NCBI GenBank assembly: GCA_964497155.1
Contig: CAZCCB010000002.1
Location: 1 to 38,241, forward strand
Source: an uncultured Nitrososphaerota archaeon
GTDB taxonomy: Archaea > Thermoproteota > Methanomethylicia > Culexarchaeales > Culexmicrobiaceae
Reading direction: 5' to 3'
Length of the DNA: 38,241 bases
Of the stretch, positions 1-9,364 are shown one piece after another. Position numbers and translations under genes: made by a program. Position 1 is the first letter of the stretch, and every line of letters begins with the position of its first letter. The notes beneath the pieces are model-generated. The model made no database searches and was not told the DNA's origin. It saw only the letters and a list, made by a program, of their open reading frames with translations.

Positions 1-1
1 T

Positions 2-364
2 AATAGGGCATTCGAATTTGAAGAAGAACCTCAACCTGAAGAAAATTATTATAGATATGGAATTTATCCAATATTAACCGCATATCTACCACAATTCACG
101 GATGCTCATCCATTTAATGCATGGGCTGGCTATTATGCAATAAATACTTTTGATCATCAACCAGTTATATTTGAAATCAATGACTTAATAGTCGTAGGAG
201 CAGCTAGTGGCAGTGGAATAATGAAAGCAGATTCAATTGGAAGAATCGTAGCTGCAATATATTTTGAAGAAAAGGAAGCAGAACTATTTACTGGAAGAAA
301 ATTTAAGGTAAGTGATTTAGGCATTGAAAATAGATATGTTGAAAGAGAAAAGTTTGTAATTTAA
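2..364 (+). CDS. C-terminal fragment of an FAD-dependent oxidoreductase (DAO / glycine-sarcosine oxidase-like); the 5' end lies outside the window
   Basis: My own translation of the frame starting at nt 2 is open to a TAA at 362..364. It reads ...AWAGYYAINTFDHQPVIFEINDLIVVGAASGSGIMKADSIGRIVAA..., which looks like the C-terminal FAD-binding segment of DAO-family enzymes. Confidence 0.55.
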   Translation, partial: NRAFEFEEEPQPEENYYRYGIYPILTAYLPQFTDAHPFNAWAGYYAINTFDHQPVIFEINDLIVVGAASGSGIMKADSIGRIVAAIYFEEKEAELFTGRKFKVSDLGIENRYVEREKFVI

Positions 365-424
365 TGCCTCAGGAGACCGTCGTCTCATCATATTTCTGCT
401 TGTCTCTTCCATCATCATCGGCAG
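365..424 (-). ncRNA. C/D box sRNA (2'-O-methylation guide)
   Basis: Minus strand reads 5'-CUGCC-G-AUGAUGA(418..412)-UGGAAGAGACAA-(degenerate D', CAGA 398..395)-AUGAUGA(391..385)-GACGACGGUCUC(384..373)-CUGA(372..369)-GGCA-3'. The termini UGCC/GGCA pair. It is a GC-rich island between two convergent gene ends. Confidence 0.75.
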
Positions 425-475
425 TAAATAATTATGAAGACAAGTTAATAACATTATCTTCTACCATAACAATTG

Positions 476-3187
476 CTATTTATTTCTTCTAGCAAATATT
501 TTCGGTAATGGTCTCATGAATATTTCTGGTAGTAATATCCAGCCTCCACCTGCTAAAATTGCACATAACATCCAATCGTAAATTGTTAATGGAACCGTAT
601 CGAATATTACTTGAAAAGTGGGTATATACACTAATGCAATAGTTAAGATTAAACCTGCAATAACTGAAATTACTAATGCCTTATTAGTTAGGAAGCCAAT
701 CTTATAAATTGATCTCTTCTCAGATCTACAATTAAATACTACAAATAATTCAAATAGTACTGCTTGAACAAATGCTAGTGTTCTAGCTTCAGCTAAACTA
801 TCTTTCAGTAATAGCATGCCTAATATGAATGCAGCCATAGTTCCGATATATTGGAGAAGTGAAGAGGATAATATGAAGAATTCCATTCCACTTAGAATAC
901 CTTCATTTGGATCTCTAGGTGGACGCTCCATGATATCCTCATCTGGAGGATCAACTCCAAGTGCAATTGCTGGACCACCATCAGTAACTAAGTTTATCCA
1001 TAAAATTTGTAATGGTAATAAGGCGGGTGGCAATCCAGCTAATACACATGTAGTTATAACTGCAATTTCATCAAAATTGCATGCTAAAAGGAACCTGACA
1101 AATTTTCTAATGTTATCATAAATCGCCCTTCCATCCCTTATAGCTCTAACTATGGTTGCAAAATTATCATCAGCTAAAATCATGTCTGAAGCTTCTTTAG
1201 CTACATCAGTACCCTTAATGCCCATTGCAACTCCAATATCAGCAAGCTTTAATGCTGGAGCATCATTAACTCCATCACCAGTCATAGCTACAATATGACC
1301 CTTACTCTTCAATGCCTTAACTATTCTAACCTTATGTTCGGGAGAAACCCTAGCAAATACGTGAACCTTTTCAACAACATTAGCTAGTTCTTCATCACTC
1401 ATTTTATCTAAATCAGCTCCAGTTAAAACTTCAAAATCATCGCTTTGAATTAATCCAATTTCCTTAGCAATTGCAATAGCAGTTAACTTATGATCACCAG
1501 TTATCATTATAACTCTTATTCCAGCCTTTTTGCATTGCTTAATTGCATCTTTAACCTCTTCTCGTGGAGGATCAATCATCCCAGCTAGCCCAACAAATAT
1601 TAAATTGCTCTCAATTTCATTTGGATCTGATAAGCTTGAATCTTCATCTAACTCTTTATATGCCATTGCGAGAACTCTTAGAGCATTTCTAGCCATATCT
1701 TTAACAATATTTAAAATTCTTTCCCTATCAGCCTCAGTAATTTCCCTAATCGAACCATTTTCATAAATATGAGTTGAAAGTGAAAGAATAACTTCAGGCG
1801 CACCTTTAACATATGCAACCAATTTACCATTTGAATTAATTCTATGAATTGTAGTCATTCTTTTTCTTCCAGATTCAAATGGTATTTCATGTTCTTTAGG
1901 ATATTTCTTTAATAGCTCATTTCTCCACATTCCAGCCTTAGCTGCTGCAACTACTAAGGCTCCTTCAGTTGGATCACCCAATACTTTCCAATTACCATTT
2001 TCTTGAATTAACTCAGCGTGACTACATAGTAAACCAATCCTTAACAATAATTCTAAATGCTCATCTTCTAATGGATCAATTTCCTTACCATTAATCATGA
2101 ATTTACCATGAATATCGTAACCAGCACCGGTAACTTCAATGATTTTATTATTGACATAAATTTTCTTCACAGTCATCTCGTTTTTAGTCATAGTCCCAGT
2201 TTTATCGGCACATATAACAGTAGTGCAGCCGAGAGTTTCTACTGAAGCAAGTTTTCTTATAATAGCATTTCTTTTAGCCATATCCTTTACACCTAAGGCT
2301 AAAGTAACAGTGACAACTGCAGGCAGTCCTTCTGGTACAGCTGAAACTGCAAGTCCAACTGCAGTCATAAACATTAGAACGAGATCGATCTGCCTCATTA
2401 AGCCCAAAACAAATGTTACGGCACATAATACTAATATCAGTGTACCAATTTTCTTTCCAAACTTATTTAGCCTCCTCATTAGCGGTGTTTCTTCCTTCTC
2501 GACTTCTTGAACCATACCTGCAATTTTACCCATTTCAGTATTCATTCCAGTTGAAACTATAACTGCTTCACCATAACCTTTAGTTACAAGCGTACCCATG
2601 AAAACCATATTTCTCCTATCGGCAACTGGAGTATCTTCGGGTAAAATTATGTGAGCTTCTTTCGGAACTGGTATAGATTCTCCAGTCAACATTGCTTCAT
2701 CAATTTCTAAATTAGTAGAGGTAATTAGTCGTCCATCTGCGGGGACTCTATCTCCAGGTTCTAAAATTACGATATCTCCTGGAACTAGTTTTTTAGCTGA
2801 AATTATTACTTCATGTCCCTCTCTTCTAACTCTAGCTTTTGGTGCTGCTAATCTTTTTAAAGCTTCGAGAGCTTTCTCAGCTCTATATTCTTGAATGAAA
2901 CCTAGAATTGCATTAAGAACCACTATAGCCATGATTGCTATTGAATCTATGTGTTCGCCGATGAAGAATGAAATAACTGCAGCAACTATAAGTAAACCAA
3001 CTAAAAAATTCTTAAATTGATCAACTAATATTTGAAAAGGAGTAATAGCTTTCTTCTCAACTATTTCGTTAAAACCGTATTTTTCAAGTCTTCTTTTAGC
3101 CTCAACACTAGATAAACCATTAATAGTGGTGTTCAGTGCTTTAAGTGCTTCTTTAACGTCCATTGAATGCCAAGGTTTATTCATCAA
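476..3187 (-). CDS. P-type cation-transporting ATPase (type II, Ca2+/cation pump-like)
   Basis: 903-aa ORF with the phosphorylation motif DKTGTMT, plus TGES, MITGDH and the hinge GDGVNDAPALK. The N-terminal Cation_ATPase_N-like segment and multiple TM stretches are present. Confidence 0.9.
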   Translation of the reverse strand: MMNKPWHSMDVKEALKALNTTINGLSSVEAKRRLEKYGFNEIVEKKAITPFQILVDQFKNFLVGLLIVAAVISFFIGEHIDSIAIMAIVVLNAILGFIQEYRAEKALEALKRLAAPKARVRREGHEVIISAKKLVPGDIVILEPGDRVPADGRLITSTNLEIDEAMLTGESIPVPKEAHIILPEDTPVADRRNMVFMGTLVTKGYGEAVIVSTGMNTEMGKIAGMVQEVEKEETPLMRRLNKFGKKIGTLILVLCAVTFVLGLMRQIDLVLMFMTAVGLAVSAVPEGLPAVVTVTLALGVKDMAKRNAIIRKLASVETLGCTTVICADKTGTMTKNEMTVKKIYVNNKIIEVTGAGYDIHGKFMINGKEIDPLEDEHLELLLRIGLLCSHAELIQENGNWKVLGDPTEGALVVAAAKAGMWRNELLKKYPKEHEIPFESGRKRMTTIHRINSNGKLVAYVKGAPEVILSLSTHIYENGSIREITEADRERILNIVKDMARNALRVLAMAYKELDEDSSLSDPNEIESNLIFVGLAGMIDPPREEVKDAIKQCKKAGIRVIMITGDHKLTAIAIAKEIGLIQSDDFEVLTGADLDKMSDEELANVVEKVHVFARVSPEHKVRIVKALKSKGHIVAMTGDGVNDAPALKLADIGVAMGIKGTDVAKEASDMILADDNFATIVRAIRDGRAIYDNIRKFVRFLLACNFDEIAVITTCVLAGLPPALLPLQILWINLVTDGGPAIALGVDPPDEDIMERPPRDPNEGILSGMEFFILSSSLLQYIGTMAAFILGMLLLKDSLAEARTLAFVQAVLFELFVVFNCRSEKRSIYKIGFLTNKALVISVIAGLILTIALVYIPTFQVIFDTVPLTIYDWMLCAILAGGGWILLPEIFMRPLPKIFARRNK

Positions 3188-3350
3188 TTCTATTCACCGC
3201 AGATTCTATTCAAACTAGAAAAGTAGGATAAAAGTTATAAATATTATTGTATTTTGATTTAAAACACTAACGGCAATCTAACAGAATTAGCCGAGATAAT
3301 TAAGAAAATTATAATATTCATATTTTACTAAAATGAGAAAGGGAGGAAAT

Positions 3351-3773
3351 ATGGTAATAACATCATCAGTTGGGAGAATTATAGTTCATAGGATATCTAA
3401 AGGAAGCGATTTAATTAAAGAAATTAGGGGAATAGCAGAGAAACTAAACATAACTGGTGGAGCAATATTATTAATAGGGGCTCTTGAAAACGCTGTATTT
3501 GGATTTTACGAGAAGGGTGAATATAAGAAAATTGAAGTTAAGGGACCTCTAGAAATTATTTCCTGCGTAGGCAATGTTTCTGAATTTGAGGGAAATAAAG
3601 TAATTCATGCGCATATAGCAGTTGCAAATTCTGAAGGAAAAGTTTATGGTGGACATTTAATGGAGGGATGTATAGTGGATCCGACGGCTGAATTAATAAT
3701 AATTGAAGGAGAGAACTTGCTATTAAGAAGGTTCATTGATGAAAAAACTAAGCTAAAGCTATTACTAACCTAA
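3351..3773 (+). CDS. PPC (DUF296) domain protein
   Basis: The ORF track gives 3333..3773. The internal ATG at 3351 is preceded by GGGAGG, so I prefer it as the start. The sequence pattern (GALENAVFGFYE..., HAHIAVANSEGKVYGGHL) resembles the PPC/DUF296 fold. Confidence 0.55.
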   Translation: MVITSSVGRIIVHRISKGSDLIKEIRGIAEKLNITGGAILLIGALENAVFGFYEKGEYKKIEVKGPLEIISCVGNVSEFEGNKVIHAHIAVANSEGKVYGGHLMEGCIVDPTAELIIIEGENLLLRRFIDEKTKLKLLLT

Positions 3774-4276
3774 CGATTGAACGTAGACATTACGCCTAAT
3801 AGAAATGTAACTATTGTTCTTGGATAGCCAGTAGCGCTTATTATATCAATTAAGCTTAAGGATGGATTTTTTCTGAGAAGTTCTATAATTTTAATCGCCA
3901 TATCGCACATAGCATTCAAGGCTACTTGAAACTGAAACTGAGTGACCTTAGCTATTGAAATTATAGCTTCAGGAGACGAATACTTTCCATTCTTACTATT
4001 AGTTTTGACCGTTATAACTCCATTAATACCCAACTTAATTCGTCTTACATCCCTTAATTTTTCAAGTTCGCCATTATTAGTTTCAATTAATAATACAAAA
4101 TGACCAATATAATCATAAAGTAAGTACTTTTTAGCTTCACCTTCAACCTTAATCTTCTTAAGAAAACCTCCAACTCTCTTAGCCAAGTAAACTTCATCAT
4201 TGCTCACATCATAAGCTAAGAAATAATCTTTACTTAATAAATGAAGTAGTTTAGTTAAGTTATTAATTGAGGACAA
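3770..4276 (-). CDS. hypothetical protein, possible C-terminal winged-helix
   Basis: 168-aa ORF that fills the gap. Its stop overlaps the convergent PPC gene stop. I recognise no family. Confidence 0.4.
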   Translation of the reverse strand: MSSINNLTKLLHLLSKDYFLAYDVSNDEVYLAKRVGGFLKKIKVEGEAKKYLLYDYIGHFVLLIETNNGELEKLRDVRRIKLGINGVITVKTNSKNGKYSSPEAIISIAKVTQFQFQVALNAMCDMAIKIIELLRKNPSLSLIDIISATGYPRTIVTFLLGVMSTFNR

Positions 4277-4391
4277 TATAAACCCTCAATATTAGAATAG
4301 CTACAAAATTTAAAAATACTTCCAACCGAGAGAAACAGCTTTAAATAAGAGTTAACCATCAATTTAAGGGCAAAACCTCCCGGTTATTGAA

Positions 4392-5384
4392 ATGAGTGAA
4401 GAGCGATATTTAATAACAATAAATGAATTGGAAGAAATGTTTCAAAAATTATCTAAGGAATATCATGTCGTAGCACCTACAAGTAAAAATGGTGTAATAG
4501 TTTTTGATTTCATTGAAAAATTTGATCAAATCAAATTAGACTATATTAGAACAATTCTTCCATTAAAGAAGTTTTTATTTCCAAATAAAGAGAAATTGTT
4601 TAAATTCCAATATGAAAAGGAGTATGTAAAAGTACGGGAAGAGAATCCTAGTAGAAAATATGCATTTTTCCTAATACATCCATGCGATGTAAATGCACTC
4701 AAAATATTGGATAGAATCCTAAATGATAAATATATTGATGAATATTACTTTAGAAGGAGAAGAGAGAGCTTAATAATTACTCTTGAATGCATTAAGGGAG
4801 ATGAGTACTGTTTCTGTGAAAGTATGGGTACTGATGAACCATGGAAGAACTCCTTTGATGTTCTTCTTCACCCATTAAATGAAAAAGAATTTTTAGCAAT
4901 TCCAGGATCAGCGAAAGGTTTCAAAATTCTACGTGATATGAGATTAAAGAAAACTGATTTGAAGAAAAAGAGAAGAAGAAAAAATACTTTAAAAATATCA
5001 ATAGAAAAAATTGAAAGAATAAAAAATAATGTTGAAAATCAATCCTGGATTGAAGAAGCAAATAAATGCATTTCATGTGGGGCATGCACAGTAGTTTGCC
5101 CAACATGTATATGCTTCGGAGTACGGGATTTATTCAAAGAACCATTAAGAAGTGGATATAGATTTAGAGAATGGAACTCATGTATATATTCAGAGTTCAC
5201 GAGGATTGCAGGAAACATAGTTTTTAGAAAGGAAAAGGTAAATCGCTTTAAACATAGATTTTATCATAAATTCGTATTCATCAAAGAGAGATACGATGTA
5301 TACGGTTGTGTTGGATGTGGAAGATGTATTGCTGAATGCATTAATAAAATAAATATAGTGGAGGTGATTAATAAAATTGCATAA
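4392..5384 (+). CDS. hydB: sulfhydrogenase beta-like subunit (Fe-S, anaerobic sulfite reductase subunit A-like)
   Basis: 330 aa. The C-terminal ferredoxin-type motifs are CISCGACTVVCPTC and CVGCGRCIAEC. It is the first gene of a four-gene overlapping operon with the hydrogenase subunits. Confidence 0.7.
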   Translation: MSEERYLITINELEEMFQKLSKEYHVVAPTSKNGVIVFDFIEKFDQIKLDYIRTILPLKKFLFPNKEKLFKFQYEKEYVKVREENPSRKYAFFLIHPCDVNALKILDRILNDKYIDEYYFRRRRESLIITLECIKGDEYCFCESMGTDEPWKNSFDVLLHPLNEKEFLAIPGSAKGFKILRDMRLKKTDLKKKRRRKNTLKISIEKIERIKNNVENQSWIEEANKCISCGACTVVCPTCICFGVRDLFKEPLRSGYRFREWNSCIYSEFTRIAGNIVFRKEKVNRFKHRFYHKFVFIKERYDVYGCVGCGRCIAECINKINIVEVINKIA

Positions 5385-6204
5385 TTCTAAAAGTATTTAT
5401 ACGCCTATTCCAGCTAAAATAATTGAAATAATTAATGAAGCCCCTAAGGTAAGGACATTCAAAATACGTCCAGCGATAAATCATAAATTTGATTTCAATC
5501 CAGGGCAATTTATTGAATTATCACTCTATGGTTATGGTGAAGCACCATTTGCAATATCCTCACCCAAAAAAATTCTTCCAGAAATAGAAGTTACAGTAAA
5601 ATCCGTTGGAAGAGTTACTAGAGCACTCTTCAAGATAAATAGGAACTCAATAGTGGGAATGAGAGGACCGTACGGCAATGGCTTTCCCATAGATAAAATG
5701 AAGAATAAGAGTATATTGATGGTTAGTGGAGGTACGGGACTAAGTCCACTTAGACCATTAATATGGGAAATTTATGATAATAGGGATAATTATGAAGACG
5801 TAGTATTACTTTATGGTGCAAAGACTCCTAATGAATTACTTTTTAGGAGGGAATATAAGGAATGGGAAAGGAGAATTAATATGCACATAACAGTCGATTA
5901 CCCAGATGAAACATGGAGTGGAAATGTAGGTGTAGTAACTAGGCTTTTAGATGAAGTTGAAATACCAAGAGGAAGTCAAACAATAGTAATTATTTGTGGA
6001 CCTCCAATAATGATGAAATACACAATACTGAAACTTTTTGAACTTAAATTCATGAAAGATCAGATATTCGTAAGCCTCGAGAGGCTTATGCAATGTGGTG
6101 TGGGTAAATGTGGTCATTGTATGCTCTCAAATGGAAAATATGTTTGTATTGATGGTCCAATATTCAGACTTGATGAAATACCGCTCAGGGAGGTAGAACT
6201 ATGA
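5377..6204 (+). CDS. hydG: sulfhydrogenase gamma-like subunit (FAD/NAD(P)-binding, PyrK-like, C-terminal 2Fe-2S)
   Basis: 275 aa with the ferredoxin-reductase-type fold (GGTGLSPL) and a C-terminal CGVGKCGHC...C cluster motif. It overlaps its neighbours by 8 and 4 nt. Confidence 0.75.
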   Translation: MHNSKSIYTPIPAKIIEIINEAPKVRTFKIRPAINHKFDFNPGQFIELSLYGYGEAPFAISSPKKILPEIEVTVKSVGRVTRALFKINRNSIVGMRGPYGNGFPIDKMKNKSILMVSGGTGLSPLRPLIWEIYDNRDNYEDVVLLYGAKTPNELLFRREYKEWERRINMHITVDYPDETWSGNVGVVTRLLDEVEIPRGSQTIVIICGPPIMMKYTILKLFELKFMKDQIFVSLERLMQCGVGKCGHCMLSNGKYVCIDGPIFRLDEIPLREVEL

Positions 6205-6956
6205 AGAAAATTATAGTAAATTTTTATAGCCTAGCTGGATGTGAGGGATGCGCTGTACAATTACTTAATCTAATTACAAAGAGATTAGACTTATTACAAT
6301 ACATAGAATTTAATCAATTTAGATTAATTGGATTTAATAAAGAGGTAAATGAATGTGATGTAGCCATTATTGATGGATCCATAGTAAACAGGGAAAATGA
6401 GGAAAAAGTGATTAGTATAAGAAAAAATGCAAAAACCCTAATAGCCATTGGCTCTTGTGCAACATTAGGGGGAGTACAATTAGCAACGAGATTTATTGAC
6501 ATAAGGAAAGCAATTGAAAAAGTATATGGAAAAAATGCATTAAGTACCATAAGATTTAATCGTGTAAAACCCATAAATGAAGTTGTAAATGTAGATTATG
6601 AAATTCCTGGATGTCCAGTCGAAATTTATGAATTAGAAAGATTGCTAATTGAATTAATCTCAAATGCTGAGTTTAGAATATTACAGAAATCAGTATGTTT
6701 TGAATGTAAATTGCGTGAAAATGCATGTCTATTAGATAAAGGAATTTTATGCTTAGGACCATTAACTCTGGGGGGATGCAATGCCAAATGTCCATCAATG
6801 GGAGCTGCATGCTATGGTTGTAGGGGGACATTTGAGGATCACGAAATTAATGAATTCATTAAAATTGCCATGAATAAAGGATTTAGCATTGATGAAATTT
6901 TAAATAAATTAAAAATTTTCATGGAAGAGGTGATTAAGGAAATTGATAATAAGTAG
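6201..6956 (+). CDS. hydD: [NiFe] hydrogenase small (delta) subunit
   Basis: 251 aa with the small-subunit Cys motifs GCEGC, GSCA and PGCP, plus distal cluster cysteines. Confidence 0.8.
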   Translation: MKKIIVNFYSLAGCEGCAVQLLNLITKRLDLLQYIEFNQFRLIGFNKEVNECDVAIIDGSIVNRENEEKVISIRKNAKTLIAIGSCATLGGVQLATRFIDIRKAIEKVYGKNALSTIRFNRVKPINEVVNVDYEIPGCPVEIYELERLLIELISNAEFRILQKSVCFECKLRENACLLDKGILCLGPLTLGGCNAKCPSMGAACYGCRGTFEDHEINEFIKIAMNKGFSIDEILNKLKIFMEEVIKEIDNK

Positions 6957-8250
6957 TAAAGAGCTTGTTAGAATTGAAGGTCATGGAAAACTAATCATAG
7001 AAATAGAAAATGGAAAAGTAAAAGACGTTAAGTTTAGAGTACTTGAACCTCCTAGACTTTTTGAAGCATTTCTTATTGGAAGAAACATTGAAGAAGTCCC
7101 ATATATTTCAAGTAAAATATGCGGATTATGTGGATATTCTCATGCATTATGTTCAGTAAAAGCATTGGAAAAAGCATTAAAAATTGAAGTTCCAATTGAA
7201 GTAAAAGTTCTAAGAGAGATTATTGAAATGATGAGTGTAATCTCTAGTCATATAATCCACATATTCGCTTTATCACTACCCGACTTTATTAATGTAAACA
7301 ATTTTTCGGAATTATTAGCAAAGAACGGAGAAATCATAAAAGAAGCATTCTCGTTAAAGCAAGAGATAGATTATTTGTTAAGGAAAGTATGCGGGGATAG
7401 TATTCATCCAATCAATTTAATCCCAGGTGGATTTTCATCAAAAATTACAATGGAAAAATTAAATGAATTAAGGGGAAAAATTGAAAAATGGATTTTTAAA
7501 GCTTCCAGCTTAGCAAACAAGGTTTATCCGTTGCTTAAAGTCGATGAAGAATTTAGGAGATCAGGATTATATGCATCACTAATCTCCAAAGAGTATACAT
7601 TTTATATTGGAGATATGATATCAATAAACAATGAGAAAATAGAAGTAAGCAATTTTAAATCAAAAGTTAATGAAAAATTTTCTAGCGACTCAACAAGTAA
7701 AAAGGCATTTATACATGGAAAGAACTTTATGGTCGGAGCATTAGCTAGACTAAATTTGAATAATGATAAACTTAGTAGTAGAGCAAAGGAAATGTTAAGA
7801 GAGTTGAAATTAAAGCTACCATCATTAAATCCAAAATTAATACCACTAGCGCAATTAATAGAGATTATTCATTGCCTTGAGAAAATACTTGAGTATTTAA
7901 ACGAGTTAAAAAGTGTTAAATACATAAGAGAAGTCGACTTAACTACCATTAAAGAAGTTAAGAAAAAGAATTATGGGGTAGGTATGGCTATCATTGAAGC
8001 ACCGAGAGGAATATTATATCATGAATATGAGATAAGAGATTGGAAAATCATTAGAACAGATATTATTACACCCACTGTTCAAAATATACCTGACATAGAA
8101 AGCAGTGTAAAAACTATTCTCAGTCAATATGAAATTAATGATTTAAATAAAGTAAAGAAGCACGCTGAAACCATTGTAAGATGCTATGATCCATGCCTTT
8201 CATGCTCAACTCATGTAGTTATAGTATCTCAAAGGCATAAAGTAAATTAG
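6943..8250 (+). CDS. hydA: [NiFe] hydrogenase large (alpha) subunit, group 3b-like
   Basis: 435 aa with N-terminal RIEGHGK, the L1 motif CGLCGYSH, and the C-terminal DPCLSCSTH followed by a short extension, which is the usual protease-cleaved tail. Confidence 0.85.
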   Translation: MIISSKELVRIEGHGKLIIEIENGKVKDVKFRVLEPPRLFEAFLIGRNIEEVPYISSKICGLCGYSHALCSVKALEKALKIEVPIEVKVLREIIEMMSVISSHIIHIFALSLPDFINVNNFSELLAKNGEIIKEAFSLKQEIDYLLRKVCGDSIHPINLIPGGFSSKITMEKLNELRGKIEKWIFKASSLANKVYPLLKVDEEFRRSGLYASLISKEYTFYIGDMISINNEKIEVSNFKSKVNEKFSSDSTSKKAFIHGKNFMVGALARLNLNNDKLSSRAKEMLRELKLKLPSLNPKLIPLAQLIEIIHCLEKILEYLNELKSVKYIREVDLTTIKEVKKKNYGVGMAIIEAPRGILYHEYEIRDWKIIRTDIITPTVQNIPDIESSVKTILSQYEINDLNKVKKHAETIVRCYDPCLSCSTHVVIVSQRHKVN

Positions 8251-8271
8251 ATGAAAAGCCATTAAATAAAA

Positions 8272-8328
8272 TGCCGATGATGACTGCTCCCGGCACTAAA
8301 TAGATGAAGAAAACTTACCCGGCTGAGG
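8272..8328 (+). ncRNA. C/D box sRNA (2'-O-methylation guide)
   Basis: 5'-UGCC-G-AUGAUGA(8277..8283)-CUGCUCCCGGCA(12 nt)-CUAA(D')-AUAG-AUGAAGA(8304..8310)-AAACUUACCCGG(12 nt)-CUGA(8323..8326)-GG-3'. It is a GC-rich island between the hydA stop and the convergent MBL gene stop. Confidence 0.75.
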
Positions 8329-9333
8329 TTAATCGGATAGTGCAATAGACCTAATATTTAACCTTCTTTCTATCCAATTAGCGAAATATTTAGCAAAATA
8401 ACCAACGGCATATACTCTTTTCGCTTTGGATTTATATACGTAATCCACAAGTTTTGGAAAATCAGCATGATTACTTAATGGGAAAGCTGCATGAAAATTT
8501 TTGTATGGATAAATTTTAGCCCATCCAGTAGCAATTGCCTTTATGAAACCTTTTTTCTCAGCTAAATGTAATTGCTTTTTATTTGAAACAATAACAGGCA
8601 GGGACTTGCTCTTTAATGCCTCCCTCCCCTCGGCAGACCTCATTCTAATGTATTTAAATTTAAAACCATGCTTTTCATAAATTTTATTTACTCTAAATAT
8701 TTTTTCATCAATCAATACTTCGAGATTAAGCAGGTTATTAATTATAGCTATTAATTCTTGGGCTTTACCAATTGAATAAGCCAGAAATGCTGGTGGACTA
8801 CCAATTTTGACTAAAGCTTCAACAAAATCTGCAATTTCATTGTACAAAAGCGCTCTATTAGGGAAAGATATTTCTGGATGACCATATGTTGCATCAATTA
8901 TTAATTGATCGCACTCTAGCTGATAACCAGGATTTGTAACTAGCGTTTTTTCTAAATTTAAATCTCCAGTATAAGCTAAAGAACCACATCTATGCTTGAA
9001 TAGAAATTGAACTGAACCTAAAATATGCCCAGATTCATAAACCTCAATATCAAGTGGACCTAATGAGAAACATTGAGAATTTAAGAATGTCGATAAAACA
9101 TTAAATAATCTTCTACCACTTTGAGCTTCATAGAGTTTTAATGTTAAATATGAAGTTAACTTTGGCTTATTAATTTTAAAACCAGCAATATGATCACTAT
9201 GTGCATGACTAATAAGTACAAAATCCCCTTCAGATGCTTTCGATAATGGATCGACAGATAGAGATAAATTGTCAAGTAAAATTAAGATTCCCTTATACCA
9301 ATGAATTGACCATGGAACACGCATAGTGAACAC
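8329..9333 (-). CDS. metallo-beta-lactamase fold, beta-CASP-like nuclease/hydrolase
   Basis: 334 aa with the HAHSDH zinc motif near the N-terminus and a C-terminal LSNHAD motif that resembles beta-CASP motif C. Confidence 0.65.
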   Translation of the reverse strand: MFTMRVPWSIHWYKGILILLDNLSLSVDPLSKASEGDFVLISHAHSDHIAGFKINKPKLTSYLTLKLYEAQSGRRLFNVLSTFLNSQCFSLGPLDIEVYESGHILGSVQFLFKHRCGSLAYTGDLNLEKTLVTNPGYQLECDQLIIDATYGHPEISFPNRALLYNEIADFVEALVKIGSPPAFLAYSIGKAQELIAIINNLLNLEVLIDEKIFRVNKIYEKHGFKFKYIRMRSAEGREALKSKSLPVIVSNKKQLHLAEKKGFIKAIATGWAKIYPYKNFHAAFPLSNHADFPKLVDYVYKSKAKRVYAVGYFAKYFANWIERRLNIRSIALSD

Positions 9334-9364
9334 TTAGCCTAATGGGCTATATGCTTACAAATAT

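Noticed and set aside
4930-5040. Lys/Arg-rich low-complexity stretch (KKTDLKKKRRRKNTLKISIEKIERIKNN) inside the hydrogenase beta-like subunit
   Set aside because: It is in frame within an intact ORF and consistent with an AT-rich linker insertion. There is no evidence of a separate element.
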